A stretch of 64,000 nucleotides of DNA from an uncultured Thermodesulfobacteriota bacterium (GTDB lineage Bacteria; Desulfobacterota; GWC2-55-46; JADFVP01), in the NCBI GenBank assembly GCA_964605225.1, contig CAZSAY010000001.1, forward strand, positions 7,663 through 71,662. The letters run 5' to 3'. The position numbers were made by a program, and so were the translations under genes. Positions 9,704 through 18,825 of the stretch are shown piece after piece. Every line of letters starts with the position of its first letter. Position 1 is the stretch's first letter. The notes beneath the pieces were generated by a model. That model saw only the letters and a program-made list of their open reading frames with translations. It did not search any database and was not told where the DNA came from.

Positions 9704-10507
9704 CTATCTGAATAGATCGCCGTCATCTCCAGGTGAGAACTTTCTCCTTTCCACAAGGATACTGACACGCCTGTTTATGGGGTCAAAGGTATCCTTGCCG
9801 TTCAGGGGGACTACGTCGGCAAAGCTCGATACACGGGAGATACGTTTTTCATCAAGTCCGTTATTGATTAACTCTCTTCTCGCGGCGTTGGCCCTCTCGG
9901 CGGCAAGCTCCCAGTTCGAGTGCTCCCTGCTTGCGAATTTGAAGCTGTCAGTGTGCCCCTCTATGGCTATCTTGTAGGGCATGTTTTTCAGTGAATCCGC
10001 AAGGACTCTGAAAACATCGCGCCCCCTCTCTACGAGTTTCGAACCGCCGCGCTCGAACATGGGGCTGTCGTCAAGGTCCACGAGTTCGAGCCTCACCCCG
10101 TTTGTAGTGGTAAAGATGAGTATCTGATTCTTCAGATTACTGAGCCTTGTGTTTACGTTCTTAGAAATTTGGAGGATAAGTTTATTGTTGGAATTTTTCG
10201 TTTGCGTGGGTACAGGTTTAGATGCGGCCTTGTTGAGCATGAGTGGGTTACCCGACATAATGGAAATGCCTTTACCTCCTCCAGCCTCCGTGCCCTCGAA
10301 GATTGTGTAGCTCCTGAAGTACTCCGCCATGCCCTTCTTGGACTCTATTGACATCATGGCCACAAGCCATAAGACCATGAAAAAGGCCATCATCGCCGTG
10401 ACAAAGTCGGCGTAGGCCACCTTCCACGCGCCGCCGTGATGCCCGCCGCCGTGACCTTTTTTTATAACCTTTTTTATGATTACAGGTTCTGAATCATGAT
10501 TCTCCAC
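9704..10507 (-). CDS. motB: flagellar motor stator protein MotB (OmpA-like C-terminal domain)
   Basis: N-terminal GGHHGGAWKVAYADFVTAMMAFFMVLWL (plug/TM with conserved Asp) and a C-terminal OmpA-like peptidoglycan-binding region. Confidence 0.85.
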   Translation of the reverse strand: MENHDSEPVIIKKVIKKGHGGGHHGGAWKVAYADFVTAMMAFFMVLWLVAMMSIESKKGMAEYFRSYTIFEGTEAGGGKGISIMSGNPLMLNKAASKPVPTQTKNSNNKLILQISKNVNTRLSNLKNQILIFTTTNGVRLELVDLDDSPMFERGGSKLVERGRDVFRVLADSLKNMPYKIAIEGHTDSFKFASREHSNWELAAERANAARRELINNGLDEKRISRVSSFADVVPLNGKDTFDPINRRVSILVERRKFSPGDDGDLFR

Positions 10508-10543
10508 TTCGCCTCCTCAATACCTTTTCTTTATAATCCGGAC

Positions 10544-11401
10544 TTACTTTTTTTTCTGCTCCTTAATCGCATCTTCAAGGTCACTGAAGGACGGGCGTGC
10601 GCCGCTGAATATTGTCCGTCTTCCCGCCTCGACGGCCATCTGGGGAGGAAGGTCTTTCGCGAAAGCCAGTAAAGCGATCTTTATGGCCTCAATATACTTC
10701 GAGTCATCCCTGTTCTTGTGCTCCAGATGACTGCCAAGGGGACCTACTACGCCGTAACTCAGCAGTATGCCGAGAAAGGTCCCTACAAGGGCGGCCGCGA
10801 CGCTGTGCCCTATTACCTCGGGGCCTTCGCTCATCTTGCCCATGGTGATGACAATGCCCAGTACCGCCGCCACAATACCAAAACCCGGCAAGGCGTCTCC
10901 TACCTTTGTAATAATCCCCGGAGTCACTCCCGCCTCCTCATGGTGGCTGTCCATCTCAATATCCATAAGGTCTTCCATCTCCGTTGGTTTGATTCCGATG
11001 ATGAAAACCCTCAGGTTGTCACAGAGAAAATTAAGGGCATGGTGATTCTTCATGATGTCCTTATTGGCCTGGAAGATAGGGCTCTCCTTTGGATTTTCCA
11101 CATCTTTTTCCACGGAGAGGAGACCCTCTTTTTTTATCTTTGTAAATATGTTGTACAGTAGCGTCAGAAGTGAGATGTAATGACTCTTCTTCAGAGTACT
11201 GCCTTTTATAATGGTGGGTATGGCCTTAAATACGTCCTTCAGGAGGTTTGAGGGGCATGAGACTATGAGAGACCCCAGGGCCGCGCCGCCGATGGTGATG
11301 AGCTCGGCGGGCTGAATCAAAATAGAAAAGTTTCCTTCCTCCATGGTGTAGCCTGCCGCGATGGCGCCGAAAACTACTACAAGTCCTATTATCGGGAACA
11401 T
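10544..11401 (-). CDS. motA: flagellar motor stator protein MotA (285 aa)
   Basis: MFPIIGLVVVFGAIAAGYTMEEGNFSILIQPAELITIGGAALGSLIV is typical of the MotA N-terminus; four TM segments; immediately upstream of motB. Confidence 0.85.
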   Translation of the reverse strand: MFPIIGLVVVFGAIAAGYTMEEGNFSILIQPAELITIGGAALGSLIVSCPSNLLKDVFKAIPTIIKGSTLKKSHYISLLTLLYNIFTKIKKEGLLSVEKDVENPKESPIFQANKDIMKNHHALNFLCDNLRVFIIGIKPTEMEDLMDIEMDSHHEEAGVTPGIITKVGDALPGFGIVAAVLGIVITMGKMSEGPEVIGHSVAAALVGTFLGILLSYGVVGPLGSHLEHKNRDDSKYIEAIKIALLAFAKDLPPQMAVEAGRRTIFSGARPSFSDLEDAIKEQKKK

Positions 11402-11498
11402 AGCGCTCCTTCCTTAATGTCGTGCAAAAATTAAATTTTTTTTTTAAGTCATTTTAACTATTTTGCAGAGCCCGTCCTGATACGCTCTTCTTCTTTAA

Positions 11499-11526
11499 CT
11501 CATCGGACGCAAGGGGCGAAACTTTA
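11499..11526 (-). promoter_or_regulatory. possible sigma28-type promoter for motAB (TAAAG-N15-tCCGATgA on the minus strand)
   Basis: The reverse complement of 11499-11526 reads TAAAGtttcgccccttgcgTCCGATGAG, about 95 nt upstream of the motA start; 6/8 match to the -10 element. Confidence 0.25.
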
Positions 11527-11608
11527 CACAAAATCATCCCCTCACTCGCCCATCTCATAGGACGCGTTTTACCATGGTGTCACAAAACCGACTATCTCAC
11601 ATTCTATA

Positions 11609-11637
11609 TTGACAGCCCCTCCACTTTAACGTATAAT
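11609..11637 (+). promoter_or_regulatory. consensus sigma70 promoter (TTGACA-N17-TATAAT)
   Basis: ttGACAgcccctccactttaacgTATAATc: perfect -35 and -10 hexamers with a 17-nt spacer, oriented toward the FleQ-like regulator gene 340 nt downstream. Confidence 0.45.
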
Positions 11638-11650
11638 CTTCACACATCTC

Positions 11651-11890
11651 GAAATCCTCCCGTGCCAATTTAAAATACACCCATCCTGAATTACATCTTG
11701 GCGTCAGGTTAATTTAAAATACACCTATCTCGAATTACATCCCGTGGGCAATTTGTGATACCCCCATCCTGAATTACATCCGGCTATCGGCTAACCTGCG
11801 AAACATCCACCTTGAATCACATCTCGTGGGGCAACCTGCATTTCTTCCATCTTGAGCACCTCCATCTTGAGCACTTCCATCTTGAGCCAC
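11651..11890 (+). repeat. degenerate tandem repeat array (~40-bp units, 4-5 copies, ending in 3x CCATCTTGAGCAC) in the leader of the master regulator
   Basis: Units such as aatttaaaatacacccatcctgaattacatc / aatttaaaatacacctatctcgaattacatc / aatttgtgatacccccatcctgaattacatc / aacctgcgaaacatccaccttgaatcacatc, then ccatcttgagcacctccatcttgagcacttccatcttgagcc. No regular spacers and no cas genes. Confidence 0.6.
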
Positions 11891-11973
11891 TTCTACATTA
11901 AAGGGTTTATCCCTCACATTTATCCATCCCGACAGACATCCTCGATGTTGTCTTTCATTAAAAGGAGATGTGT

Positions 11974-13374
11974 ATGAGGAAAAGGAATGTTCTGTTGGTT
12001 GAGGAGGAAGGTTTACTCAGTCAATTTCTCAAAGAGAAGTTTCGCGCCGAGGATTACGCTATAATCACAATCAAAAAACCCGAGGCGGCCATAAGCTATA
12101 TCCGCAGAAATGCTCCCAATGTCGTAATAGCGGATCTCAATATTGCAGATCTCGATGATATAGAGTTCGTTCGTGCCATCACAGGGGCGAGTCCGAGTAC
12201 GAGTGCCATAGTCATACCCCGTGACGGCTCTATAAAAAAGGCCATGGATGCCCTTAACGCAGGCGCTTTCTCATACATAAAGAAACCCTTTAACAAGGTG
12301 GAAATTCTTGTCACCATTGAAAAAGCCTTTGAGGTCAGCGAGCTTATGTCGGAGAACCTCAGGCTGAAACGTAACATCAGTCATAAATTGCTGGACCGTC
12401 TTCTCGGCACAAGCGATAAGATAGAACTTGTTCGTAGTATCATCAACAAGGTGGCGGATACGGATTCCACGGTGCTTATCCTCGGTGAGAGCGGAACGGG
12501 AAAGGAGATAGTCGCAAGATCGCTTCACTTCGGCTCTAATAGGGCAAGTGAGCCCTTTGTCCCCATAAACTGCGGCGCAATACCGGAAGACCTCCTTGAG
12601 AGCGAGCTCTTCGGTCATGAGAAAGGCGCTTTTACAGGGGCCATAGCCACAAAAATAGGCCGCTTCGAGGCCGCCAGCGGCGGGACAGTATTTCTTGACG
12701 AGGTAGGCGACATGAGTCCCGGACTTCAGGTTAAGATATTAAGGGTCTTGCAGGAAAAAGAGTTTGAGAGGGTTGGCGGCAGAAAGACCATCAAGGTAGA
12801 CATCCGCGTCCTCGCGGCTACTAATCAGGATCTCACAAAGGCCATAAAAGAGAAAAAATTCAGAGAAGATCTCTACTACAGGCTAAATGTAATTCCAATA
12901 GACATGCCTCCCTTGAGGGAAAGAAAGGAAGATATACCAGTATTTATCAAACACTTCATGAAGACGATGTCAAAAAAGAAAAACAAGGAAGTGACAACCA
13001 TATCACCCGACGCCATGAGGCTCTTTGAGGAATATGAATGGCCCGGCAATGTCCGTGAGATGGAGAACGTCATTGAGCGAATTGTAGTATTGAAGGAAAA
13101 GGGCACGGTGACTGAAAAGGATCTGCCCGATAATATCAAGAAGGCCACGGTGCTTCTCTCAAGAAAACGTGTCAAGGGCTTTGATTACCGTGTTTATATC
13201 TCTCCCGATGGCGTTGATTTTAATTCGGTTGTGGATAAGTTCGAGACAGACCTCATAATAAACGCCCTTGACATGGTTCATGGCGTCAAGAAGAACGCCG
13301 CAAAGTTCCTTAAGCTAAACAGAACGACCCTTATTGAAAAGATGAAGAGAAAGGGGCTCGGTCTTGATGCCTGA
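11974..13374 (+). CDS. sigma54-dependent transcriptional activator with degenerate receiver domain (FleQ/FlrA-like flagellar master regulator)
   Basis: AAA+ sigma54-interaction motifs GESGTGKE and ESELFGHEKGAFTGA; C-terminal Fis-type HTH. The receiver lacks the N-terminal acidic pair (LLVEEEG) and the conserved Thr, as in FleQ. Start taken at the second ATG (11974), better spaced from AAAGGAG. Confidence 0.8.
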   Translation: MRKRNVLLVEEEGLLSQFLKEKFRAEDYAIITIKKPEAAISYIRRNAPNVVIADLNIADLDDIEFVRAITGASPSTSAIVIPRDGSIKKAMDALNAGAFSYIKKPFNKVEILVTIEKAFEVSELMSENLRLKRNISHKLLDRLLGTSDKIELVRSIINKVADTDSTVLILGESGTGKEIVARSLHFGSNRASEPFVPINCGAIPEDLLESELFGHEKGAFTGAIATKIGRFEAASGGTVFLDEVGDMSPGLQVKILRVLQEKEFERVGGRKTIKVDIRVLAATNQDLTKAIKEKKFREDLYYRLNVIPIDMPPLRERKEDIPVFIKHFMKTMSKKKNKEVTTISPDAMRLFEEYEWPGNVREMENVIERIVVLKEKGTVTEKDLPDNIKKATVLLSRKRVKGFDYRVYISPDGVDFNSVVDKFETDLIINALDMVHGVKKNAAKFLKLNRTTLIEKMKRKGLGLDA

Positions 13375-13527
13375 GAGTCAAGTATCCAACACCCTTAAAA
13401 GGCCATCGCTCATAACAAAACTCTCTCTCTCCCGCCTCATTAACCTGCTATGTAAACAAAAGACGTTTCCAGGGTATCGTTACCCTTAAAACAGGCTTTT
13501 CAAAAACTCGTGTCACTTTCCCGGTCA

Positions 13528-13544
13528 GTGGCACGAGTGTTGCG
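13528..13544 (+). promoter_or_regulatory. sigma54 promoter (TGGCAC-N5-TTGCg)
   Basis: gTGGCACgagtgTTGCg with GG-N10-GC spacing, ~35 nt upstream of the TPR gene start; the downstream genes are the FleS/FleR-like pair. Confidence 0.55.
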
Positions 13545-13576
13545 TATCTTCATCATAAGGAGATGGAGGTCTGTTT

Positions 13577-16003
13577 ATGGTGAAGTCTGTAATGTATCTC
13601 GTAATACTGTGCCTGACCTTGAGTTCGGCCCATCCGGCCTTCTGCGCCCTCAACAGGAAGAGGGGAGATATTGTGGCCGCAAGGGCGGGAGTGCACAAGG
13701 GCTTTCACAGGCTGGTGATAGAGCTGCGCGCAAAGGCTGAATACAGTGTAAAAAAGACGGGGAAAACCGTTGAGCTTGACATTACAAATGTGGACTCGCG
13801 CGGTCTAAAGGCGGGGTACGCAGGTACGAAGTTTTTCAGGATAAAGAAGGTCACCACTGTAAAAAAAGAGGGGCAACCTCATACCACCTTCTTTATAACA
13901 CTTAATGGCATGGCGGATATAAGGGATGCAATATTTGATAAACCCGTGAGGATTATCGTTGATATGTATCCTAAAAAAATCGTGAAACATCCTAAGAAGA
14001 AAAAAAAGGTCGCCAAAAAATCTCTCAAGAAAAAAGCAGGCGCCGGGAAAAAACCCGGCAAGAGAATGGCAGGTAAAAGCGCGGCCACAAAATCGTCGGG
14101 CAAATCTTCTCCCCATGGGCGATATAAGAGGACTTTTGCCTTTAATGAAGGCTGGCGGTGGATATACAGAAAAATGGCCGTAGAAGAGCTGAAAACGACC
14201 TTTTACGGGAATTCTCCCGAGCCGGGCCTTGAGATGCTAAGTGAACTTGTGCCGCAAAAGGGAAGAGCCCCCGGGGCCGGCGGCGTGGAAGTAAATACTT
14301 ATCTTACAACACTTGAAGAGAAAGGCGATATGGCCGGAGCCGAGACCCTTAAGGGGATAATCAGTCTTATTAAAAAAAACAGAGACCTTGTGGAGGTAGA
14401 GCGCGATCTTATAAAGACGCCGGAAAATAATCTTATGCCAATGGCGCATTTTCTTTTGGCCTCAAGATATGAGAGAGAGGGCCTTTACCCCGAGTCCTCG
14501 GCCTACTATGGCATGGCCTACGAGGCAAAGACAGGTAAAAAGCTCAAGGCAATGGCCGCCCTTGGCAGGGGGAGGGTGCTCTTTTTTTCCGGCCATGTGG
14601 CAAAATCACTAAAATGGTTTGAGAGGGCGCGTAAAGAGGGCTCAAAAGAGGCCCGCGGCTGGCTTGCGGGAAGCCGTCTTTTAAAGGGTGAGTTCAGGTC
14701 CGCATGGGCCGGCTACAAGAGGATGGGGTCAACGAAAGACCCATTAAGCCTTATGGGAATGGGGGATATGAAGATGATGCGTGGTGATTACGATGGCGCG
14801 CGTCTTATATTTAAGGGGCTTAGATTAAGTTTTGTGAGCGCGCCTTTTCTTATGTCGTTCTTTGCCAGTAGAGAGGCCGACGCGCTCATGGCCGGCGGGG
14901 CTGTAAAGGAAGGTCTCTTGGCCTACTCGGCTATAAAGAAACAATCAAAGGGCGAGGCCCTTGCGCTATCAGGGTTAGCACTCGGTGATTATTATGCCGG
15001 CGATGGAGGCAAACCTTTACTTGCCAGGGACCTTTATAAAGAGGTGGCAAAAAGCGCGACTGCGGGCTCCGGCGAGGCCTACATAAGGCTTGCTACAGTC
15101 CTTGAGGCCTTAAAGGACCACAGTGAGGCCATGAAGACCCTTTCGAAAATATCGCCTGAAAACACCATCTCCACAAGAAGAGAGATTGTTGGTTTTCTCC
15201 GTTCAAAAATAGCCTACAACTGGATTGCAGACCTTTACGGAAAAAAACAATGGTTGGATATCGCCATGGTCAATTACCGCTACGGCGCCTTTATTACATT
15301 TGGGAAGAGGGCGGAAAATTGGCTCAGGGTGGGCGAGGCGCTCATGACTTTGGGCCTTACACCTGACGCAGTTGTCTCCCTTAACAGGGCCGAAAAGATA
15401 GGCAGAAAAGATGTAAAGGTAAAGGCGGTGCTCTTATTAACCCGCTTATACCTCGATCAGAGAGACGGCGAGGCCGCGGCTAAGATTCTTGCAGATATGA
15501 GGGTATCTTCACCGGAGGCGGCAAAAACCTCTAAGTGGCGCGAACTCTATATGGAGGCAGAGTTCCTGAGGGGTAATTACGAAGAGGTGATAGGGATGGA
15601 CGGGGAAGGTATGGGGGGAGAAGTTTTTCTCATGAGGGCCGCCGCGTACAGGGGGCTTGGCAAGTGGAGTAAATCAATGGAATCGTACTCAAGGGCCGTT
15701 GCCTTATTCAAGGGAACGAAAGACAAAAAGGGACTCATGGAGGCCGAGACAGGGTACGCGGACAGCCTCTTTGCCTCCCGTGGATTCGAGAAAGCCATTG
15801 TCGCGTATAGAGAGGCGGCCGAGATGGCCCCGCAGGACTCTAAGGCTTTAGAGAGCTGGCTCCGTTACCGCCTCTCTCTCAGCTACGCCGGGGCAGGGGA
15901 GGCCGAGAAGGCCATAAGCGCGGTAAAGGACTTGAAGCGCACCAACAGGGCTTACGGCGATTGGGCCGAGGTCCTGCAAAAGGCGCAGATGGGAGGATTG
16001 TAG
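13577..16003 (+). CDS. secreted AMIN-domain / poly-lysine / TPR-repeat protein
   Basis: Signal peptide MVKSVMYLVILCLTLSSAHPAFC; AMIN-like beta domain (FHRLVIELRAKAEYSVKKTGKTVELDI...RIIVDMYP); KKKKK-rich linker; multiple TPR-like helical repeats to the C-terminus. Confidence 0.6.
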   Translation: MVKSVMYLVILCLTLSSAHPAFCALNRKRGDIVAARAGVHKGFHRLVIELRAKAEYSVKKTGKTVELDITNVDSRGLKAGYAGTKFFRIKKVTTVKKEGQPHTTFFITLNGMADIRDAIFDKPVRIIVDMYPKKIVKHPKKKKKVAKKSLKKKAGAGKKPGKRMAGKSAATKSSGKSSPHGRYKRTFAFNEGWRWIYRKMAVEELKTTFYGNSPEPGLEMLSELVPQKGRAPGAGGVEVNTYLTTLEEKGDMAGAETLKGIISLIKKNRDLVEVERDLIKTPENNLMPMAHFLLASRYEREGLYPESSAYYGMAYEAKTGKKLKAMAALGRGRVLFFSGHVAKSLKWFERARKEGSKEARGWLAGSRLLKGEFRSAWAGYKRMGSTKDPLSLMGMGDMKMMRGDYDGARLIFKGLRLSFVSAPFLMSFFASREADALMAGGAVKEGLLAYSAIKKQSKGEALALSGLALGDYYAGDGGKPLLARDLYKEVAKSATAGSGEAYIRLATVLEALKDHSEAMKTLSKISPENTISTRREIVGFLRSKIAYNWIADLYGKKQWLDIAMVNYRYGAFITFGKRAENWLRVGEALMTLGLTPDAVVSLNRAEKIGRKDVKVKAVLLLTRLYLDQRDGEAAAKILADMRVSSPEAAKTSKWRELYMEAEFLRGNYEEVIGMDGEGMGGEVFLMRAAAYRGLGKWSKSMESYSRAVALFKGTKDKKGLMEAETGYADSLFASRGFEKAIVAYREAAEMAPQDSKALESWLRYRLSLSYAGAGEAEKAISAVKDLKRTNRAYGDWAEVLQKAQMGGL

Positions 16004-16010
16004 AACTCAT

Positions 16011-16841
16011 ATGGCGGTGAAGATTAATAAGGCATTTTTAAATAGGGCATTCAGGGACTTTGAGGAGTCGTCACGTAAGCTTGAGAGACAATACTCCAAA
16101 CTCGGCGATAAGCTCGGTGATCTTGAGAGAGAGTTTTCGGGAAAAAACCGCGCCGCCGAAAGGACGGCAAGGCTCGCCGCCATGGGTGAGATGGCCGCCA
16201 AGATAGCCCATGAGATAAGAAACCCCCTTGGCTCCATGCTCATATTTTCCACCATACTCTGCCGTGAGCTTAACGGACAGGTGAGAAATCAGAAGCTTGC
16301 CGGCCATATAGTAGAGAGCATAAGAAATCTCGACCGCATACTCTCCGATATGCTTGTCTTCTCAAGGTCGCCGGAGCCCTCCCTTGCGCTCCTGGATATA
16401 AGGGATGTTATAAAAAAGGCCCTTGAGACATGCTCTGGCCGCAAGGGTGTGGATGTAACCATAAAAAGGTCTCCGGGCCCCGCCGCAATGGTTCAGGGTG
16501 ACGCGCGGCTTCTCAATCAGCTCTTTGTCAATCTATTGTTCAACGCATATGACGCTATCGGGGATATCCCCGGTACTATAAACATATCAACGGGGATTCA
16601 AGACGGAGATACCCTTGAGGTCGTTGTGGAAGACAGCGGCTGTGGAATGGACGAGGAAATTCAAGAGAGGGTCTTTGACCCCTTTTTTACCACAAGGCAC
16701 AGCGGCACAGGTCTCGGCCTTGCCATCGTGGCATCCATAGCCAATGCCCATGGCGGAGATATTGCCTGCGCCTCAAACGCCGGGGAAGGCACAAGGTTTA
16801 CCCTTCGACTGCCGTTTTGCGGCGAGGCACAGAGGGTGTGA
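16011..16841 (+). CDS. soluble sensor histidine kinase (HisKA + HATPase_c), FleS/FlrB-like
   Basis: H-box AHEIRNPLGSM; N box LLFNAYDAI; G-boxes DSGCGMD and GTGLGLAIV; no TM segments; N-terminal coiled coil only. Confidence 0.8.
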   Translation: MAVKINKAFLNRAFRDFEESSRKLERQYSKLGDKLGDLEREFSGKNRAAERTARLAAMGEMAAKIAHEIRNPLGSMLIFSTILCRELNGQVRNQKLAGHIVESIRNLDRILSDMLVFSRSPEPSLALLDIRDVIKKALETCSGRKGVDVTIKRSPGPAAMVQGDARLLNQLFVNLLFNAYDAIGDIPGTINISTGIQDGDTLEVVVEDSGCGMDEEIQERVFDPFFTTRHSGTGLGLAIVASIANAHGGDIACASNAGEGTRFTLRLPFCGEAQRV

Positions 16842-16871
16842 GGGAGAGAGTGAGAATAATGGAGGCCTTAT

Positions 16872-18221
16872 ATGCACGATATACTCGTTGTTGATGATGA
16901 CCTGGGGATGAGGACGGCCCTTAATGAGGCGCTATGCAGAAAGGGTTACAGGGTTGATCTGGCAGGCTCGGGGCGAGAGGCCCTTGATATGTTTCATGAT
17001 ATGAGGTACAGGCTTGTCATAAGTGACATGAAGATGCCCGGCATGGATGGAGTGGAACTCATGAGGGGGCTGAAGAAGATAGAGCCCACCATACCCGTGC
17101 TCCTCATAACGGCCTTCGGAACAGTGCAAAAGGCCGTAGAGGCCGTAAAAGAAGGGGCCGTTGATTTTATTCAGAAGCCCTTTGCACTTGAGTGTCTTGA
17201 GGGGCTGATTGAGAAGACCCTTGCCTGTGGCTTTTCCAGGGAGTCTTCGGCAAAGGAGGCAAAGGGCCTTTTCATGCCTGCGAGGTCTTCCGTCATGAGC
17301 AGGACCATGGCCTTTGCGGGGATAGCGGCAAATAGCGACGCCACCGTGCTTATAAGCGGCGAGAGCGGCACCGGAAAGGAACTCGTTTCAAGGTTCATTC
17401 ATGAGCAAAGCGTCCGAAGGTCCGGGCCCTTTGTGGCGGTGAACTGCGCCTCCATACCGGACGGGCTCCTTGAGAGCGAACTGTTCGGTTGTGAGAAAGG
17501 CGCCTTTACAGGCGCCGTAAATGGAAGAGTGGGAAAATTTGAGCAGGCAGACAGGGGCACCATACTCCTTGACGAGGTGAGCGAGATGGACGTCAGGCTC
17601 CAGGCCAAGCTTCTCCGTGTCATACAGGAAAGAGAGGTGGAGCGCCTCGGGGGGAAAAAGGTCACTCCTCTTGATATCAGAATAATCGCCACTACAAACA
17701 GGGACCTTACCCTGGAGGTACAAGAGGGCCGCTTCAGAGAAGACCTCTTTTACCGCCTGAATATCTTTCCCCTTCACATACCGCCGCTACGGGAGAGGCA
17801 AGACGACATCCCCCTTTTATCCGAACACTTCATGGCACGCTTCGCGGGGAGGTATAACCGCCACCTTGGCTCCATATCAGAGGAGGCAATGGCGGAGCTC
17901 AAGGCGCGTGCCTGGCCGGGGAACGTCCGTGAGCTTGAAAATACCATAGAACGCTCAGTGCTTCTAAGTAGCGGCTCCGTCCTTACAAAAGAGCACCTCC
18001 TGCTATGCAACGGTGTTGGTGGAAAAGACGTGCCAAAGGCCGCCATATCAGAGCGTACTTCCTTTGACGGAATAACCATAAAAGACGTTGAGAGAGACCT
18101 TATCCGTAAGACACTTGAGGAAACGGGAGGCAACAGGACAAAGGCGGCAAGAAGGCTTGGCATATCCATCAGGACACTTAGAAATAAACTCAAGGAGTAC
18201 GGAGGCCCGGCGGCTAACTGA
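16872..18221 (+). CDS. sigma54-dependent response regulator (NtrC family), FleR/FlrC-like
   Basis: Canonical receiver (VVDDD...LVISDMKMPGMDG...LLITAFG...IQKPF), AAA+ motifs GESGTGKE and ESELFGCEKGAFTGA, C-terminal HTH; directly downstream of the kinase. Confidence 0.85.
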   Translation: MHDILVVDDDLGMRTALNEALCRKGYRVDLAGSGREALDMFHDMRYRLVISDMKMPGMDGVELMRGLKKIEPTIPVLLITAFGTVQKAVEAVKEGAVDFIQKPFALECLEGLIEKTLACGFSRESSAKEAKGLFMPARSSVMSRTMAFAGIAANSDATVLISGESGTGKELVSRFIHEQSVRRSGPFVAVNCASIPDGLLESELFGCEKGAFTGAVNGRVGKFEQADRGTILLDEVSEMDVRLQAKLLRVIQEREVERLGGKKVTPLDIRIIATTNRDLTLEVQEGRFREDLFYRLNIFPLHIPPLRERQDDIPLLSEHFMARFAGRYNRHLGSISEEAMAELKARAWPGNVRELENTIERSVLLSSGSVLTKEHLLLCNGVGGKDVPKAAISERTSFDGITIKDVERDLIRKTLEETGGNRTKAARRLGISIRTLRNKLKEYGGPAAN

Positions 18222-18304
18222 GGCGGGATTGCCTCATGGAGGCAGTTTTTTCCTCTTTCCACGGGGTTTTTCAATTAAAAAGCCAGAAAAAAGGGTGTGC
18301 CCCA

Positions 18305-18320
18305 CGGTATGAATCTTGCA
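18305..18320 (+). promoter_or_regulatory. candidate sigma54 promoter (cGGtat-N5-ttGCa) upstream of flgB
   Basis: acGGtatgaatcttGCag with correct GG-N10-GC spacing, ~95 nt before the flgB start; weaker match than the others. Confidence 0.35.
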
Positions 18321-18416
18321 GATATATAGGGCAAGATAGCCAGTTTGTATATAACAGCAAGGGGAAGGGAACCTAAGGGGATATATGGGGTAAGCGGTGT
18401 GAGACAGGGAGGTAAT

Positions 18417-18821
18417 ATGGATTTTATCTTTGACAGGACTATAGGTTTTCTCGCAAAGACCCTTGATATGAGGGCGGCCGAACAACGGGCCATAGTCTCC
18501 AACATAGCCAATAGCGAGACCCCGGGTTATCGGGCGAGAGACATCGATTTTAAGGTCGCCATGGAAGGCGCCATGAATGATTCCCGGGCAGAGCTTCGCC
18601 TTACGGGTACAGACCCCGCTCATTTTTCCGGTAACGGGGCGAAGCAAAATTTAGTCATGGTAGAAAGGGCCGTGAATGACGTTGGTTTTGACGCCAATAC
18701 CGTTGACATAGAGGAAGAGATGGGGAGGATGAGCGGCAACTACATGGCCTATAACCTCTCGGCAAGGATGCTGAGGAAGAAATTCTCTATATTAATGACC
18801 GCTATAAAGGAAGGGAGGTAG
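18417..18821 (+). CDS. flgB: flagellar basal-body rod protein FlgB
   Basis: MDFIFDRTIGFLAKTLDMRAAEQRAIVSNIANSETPGYRARDIDF is the FlgB signature. Start set at the ATG after gggaggtaatATG rather than the upstream 18345 ATG. Confidence 0.85.
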   Translation: MDFIFDRTIGFLAKTLDMRAAEQRAIVSNIANSETPGYRARDIDFKVAMEGAMNDSRAELRLTGTDPAHFSGNGAKQNLVMVERAVNDVGFDANTVDIEEEMGRMSGNYMAYNLSARMLRKKFSILMTAIKEGR

Positions 18822-18825
18822 TTTT

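Noticed and set aside
11651-11890. Tandem repeats considered as a CRISPR array
   Set aside because: Repeat units are degenerate and directly abutting, without unique ~30-40-bp spacers; no cas genes in the window; the location in a promoter/leader region fits a regulatory or structural repeat instead.
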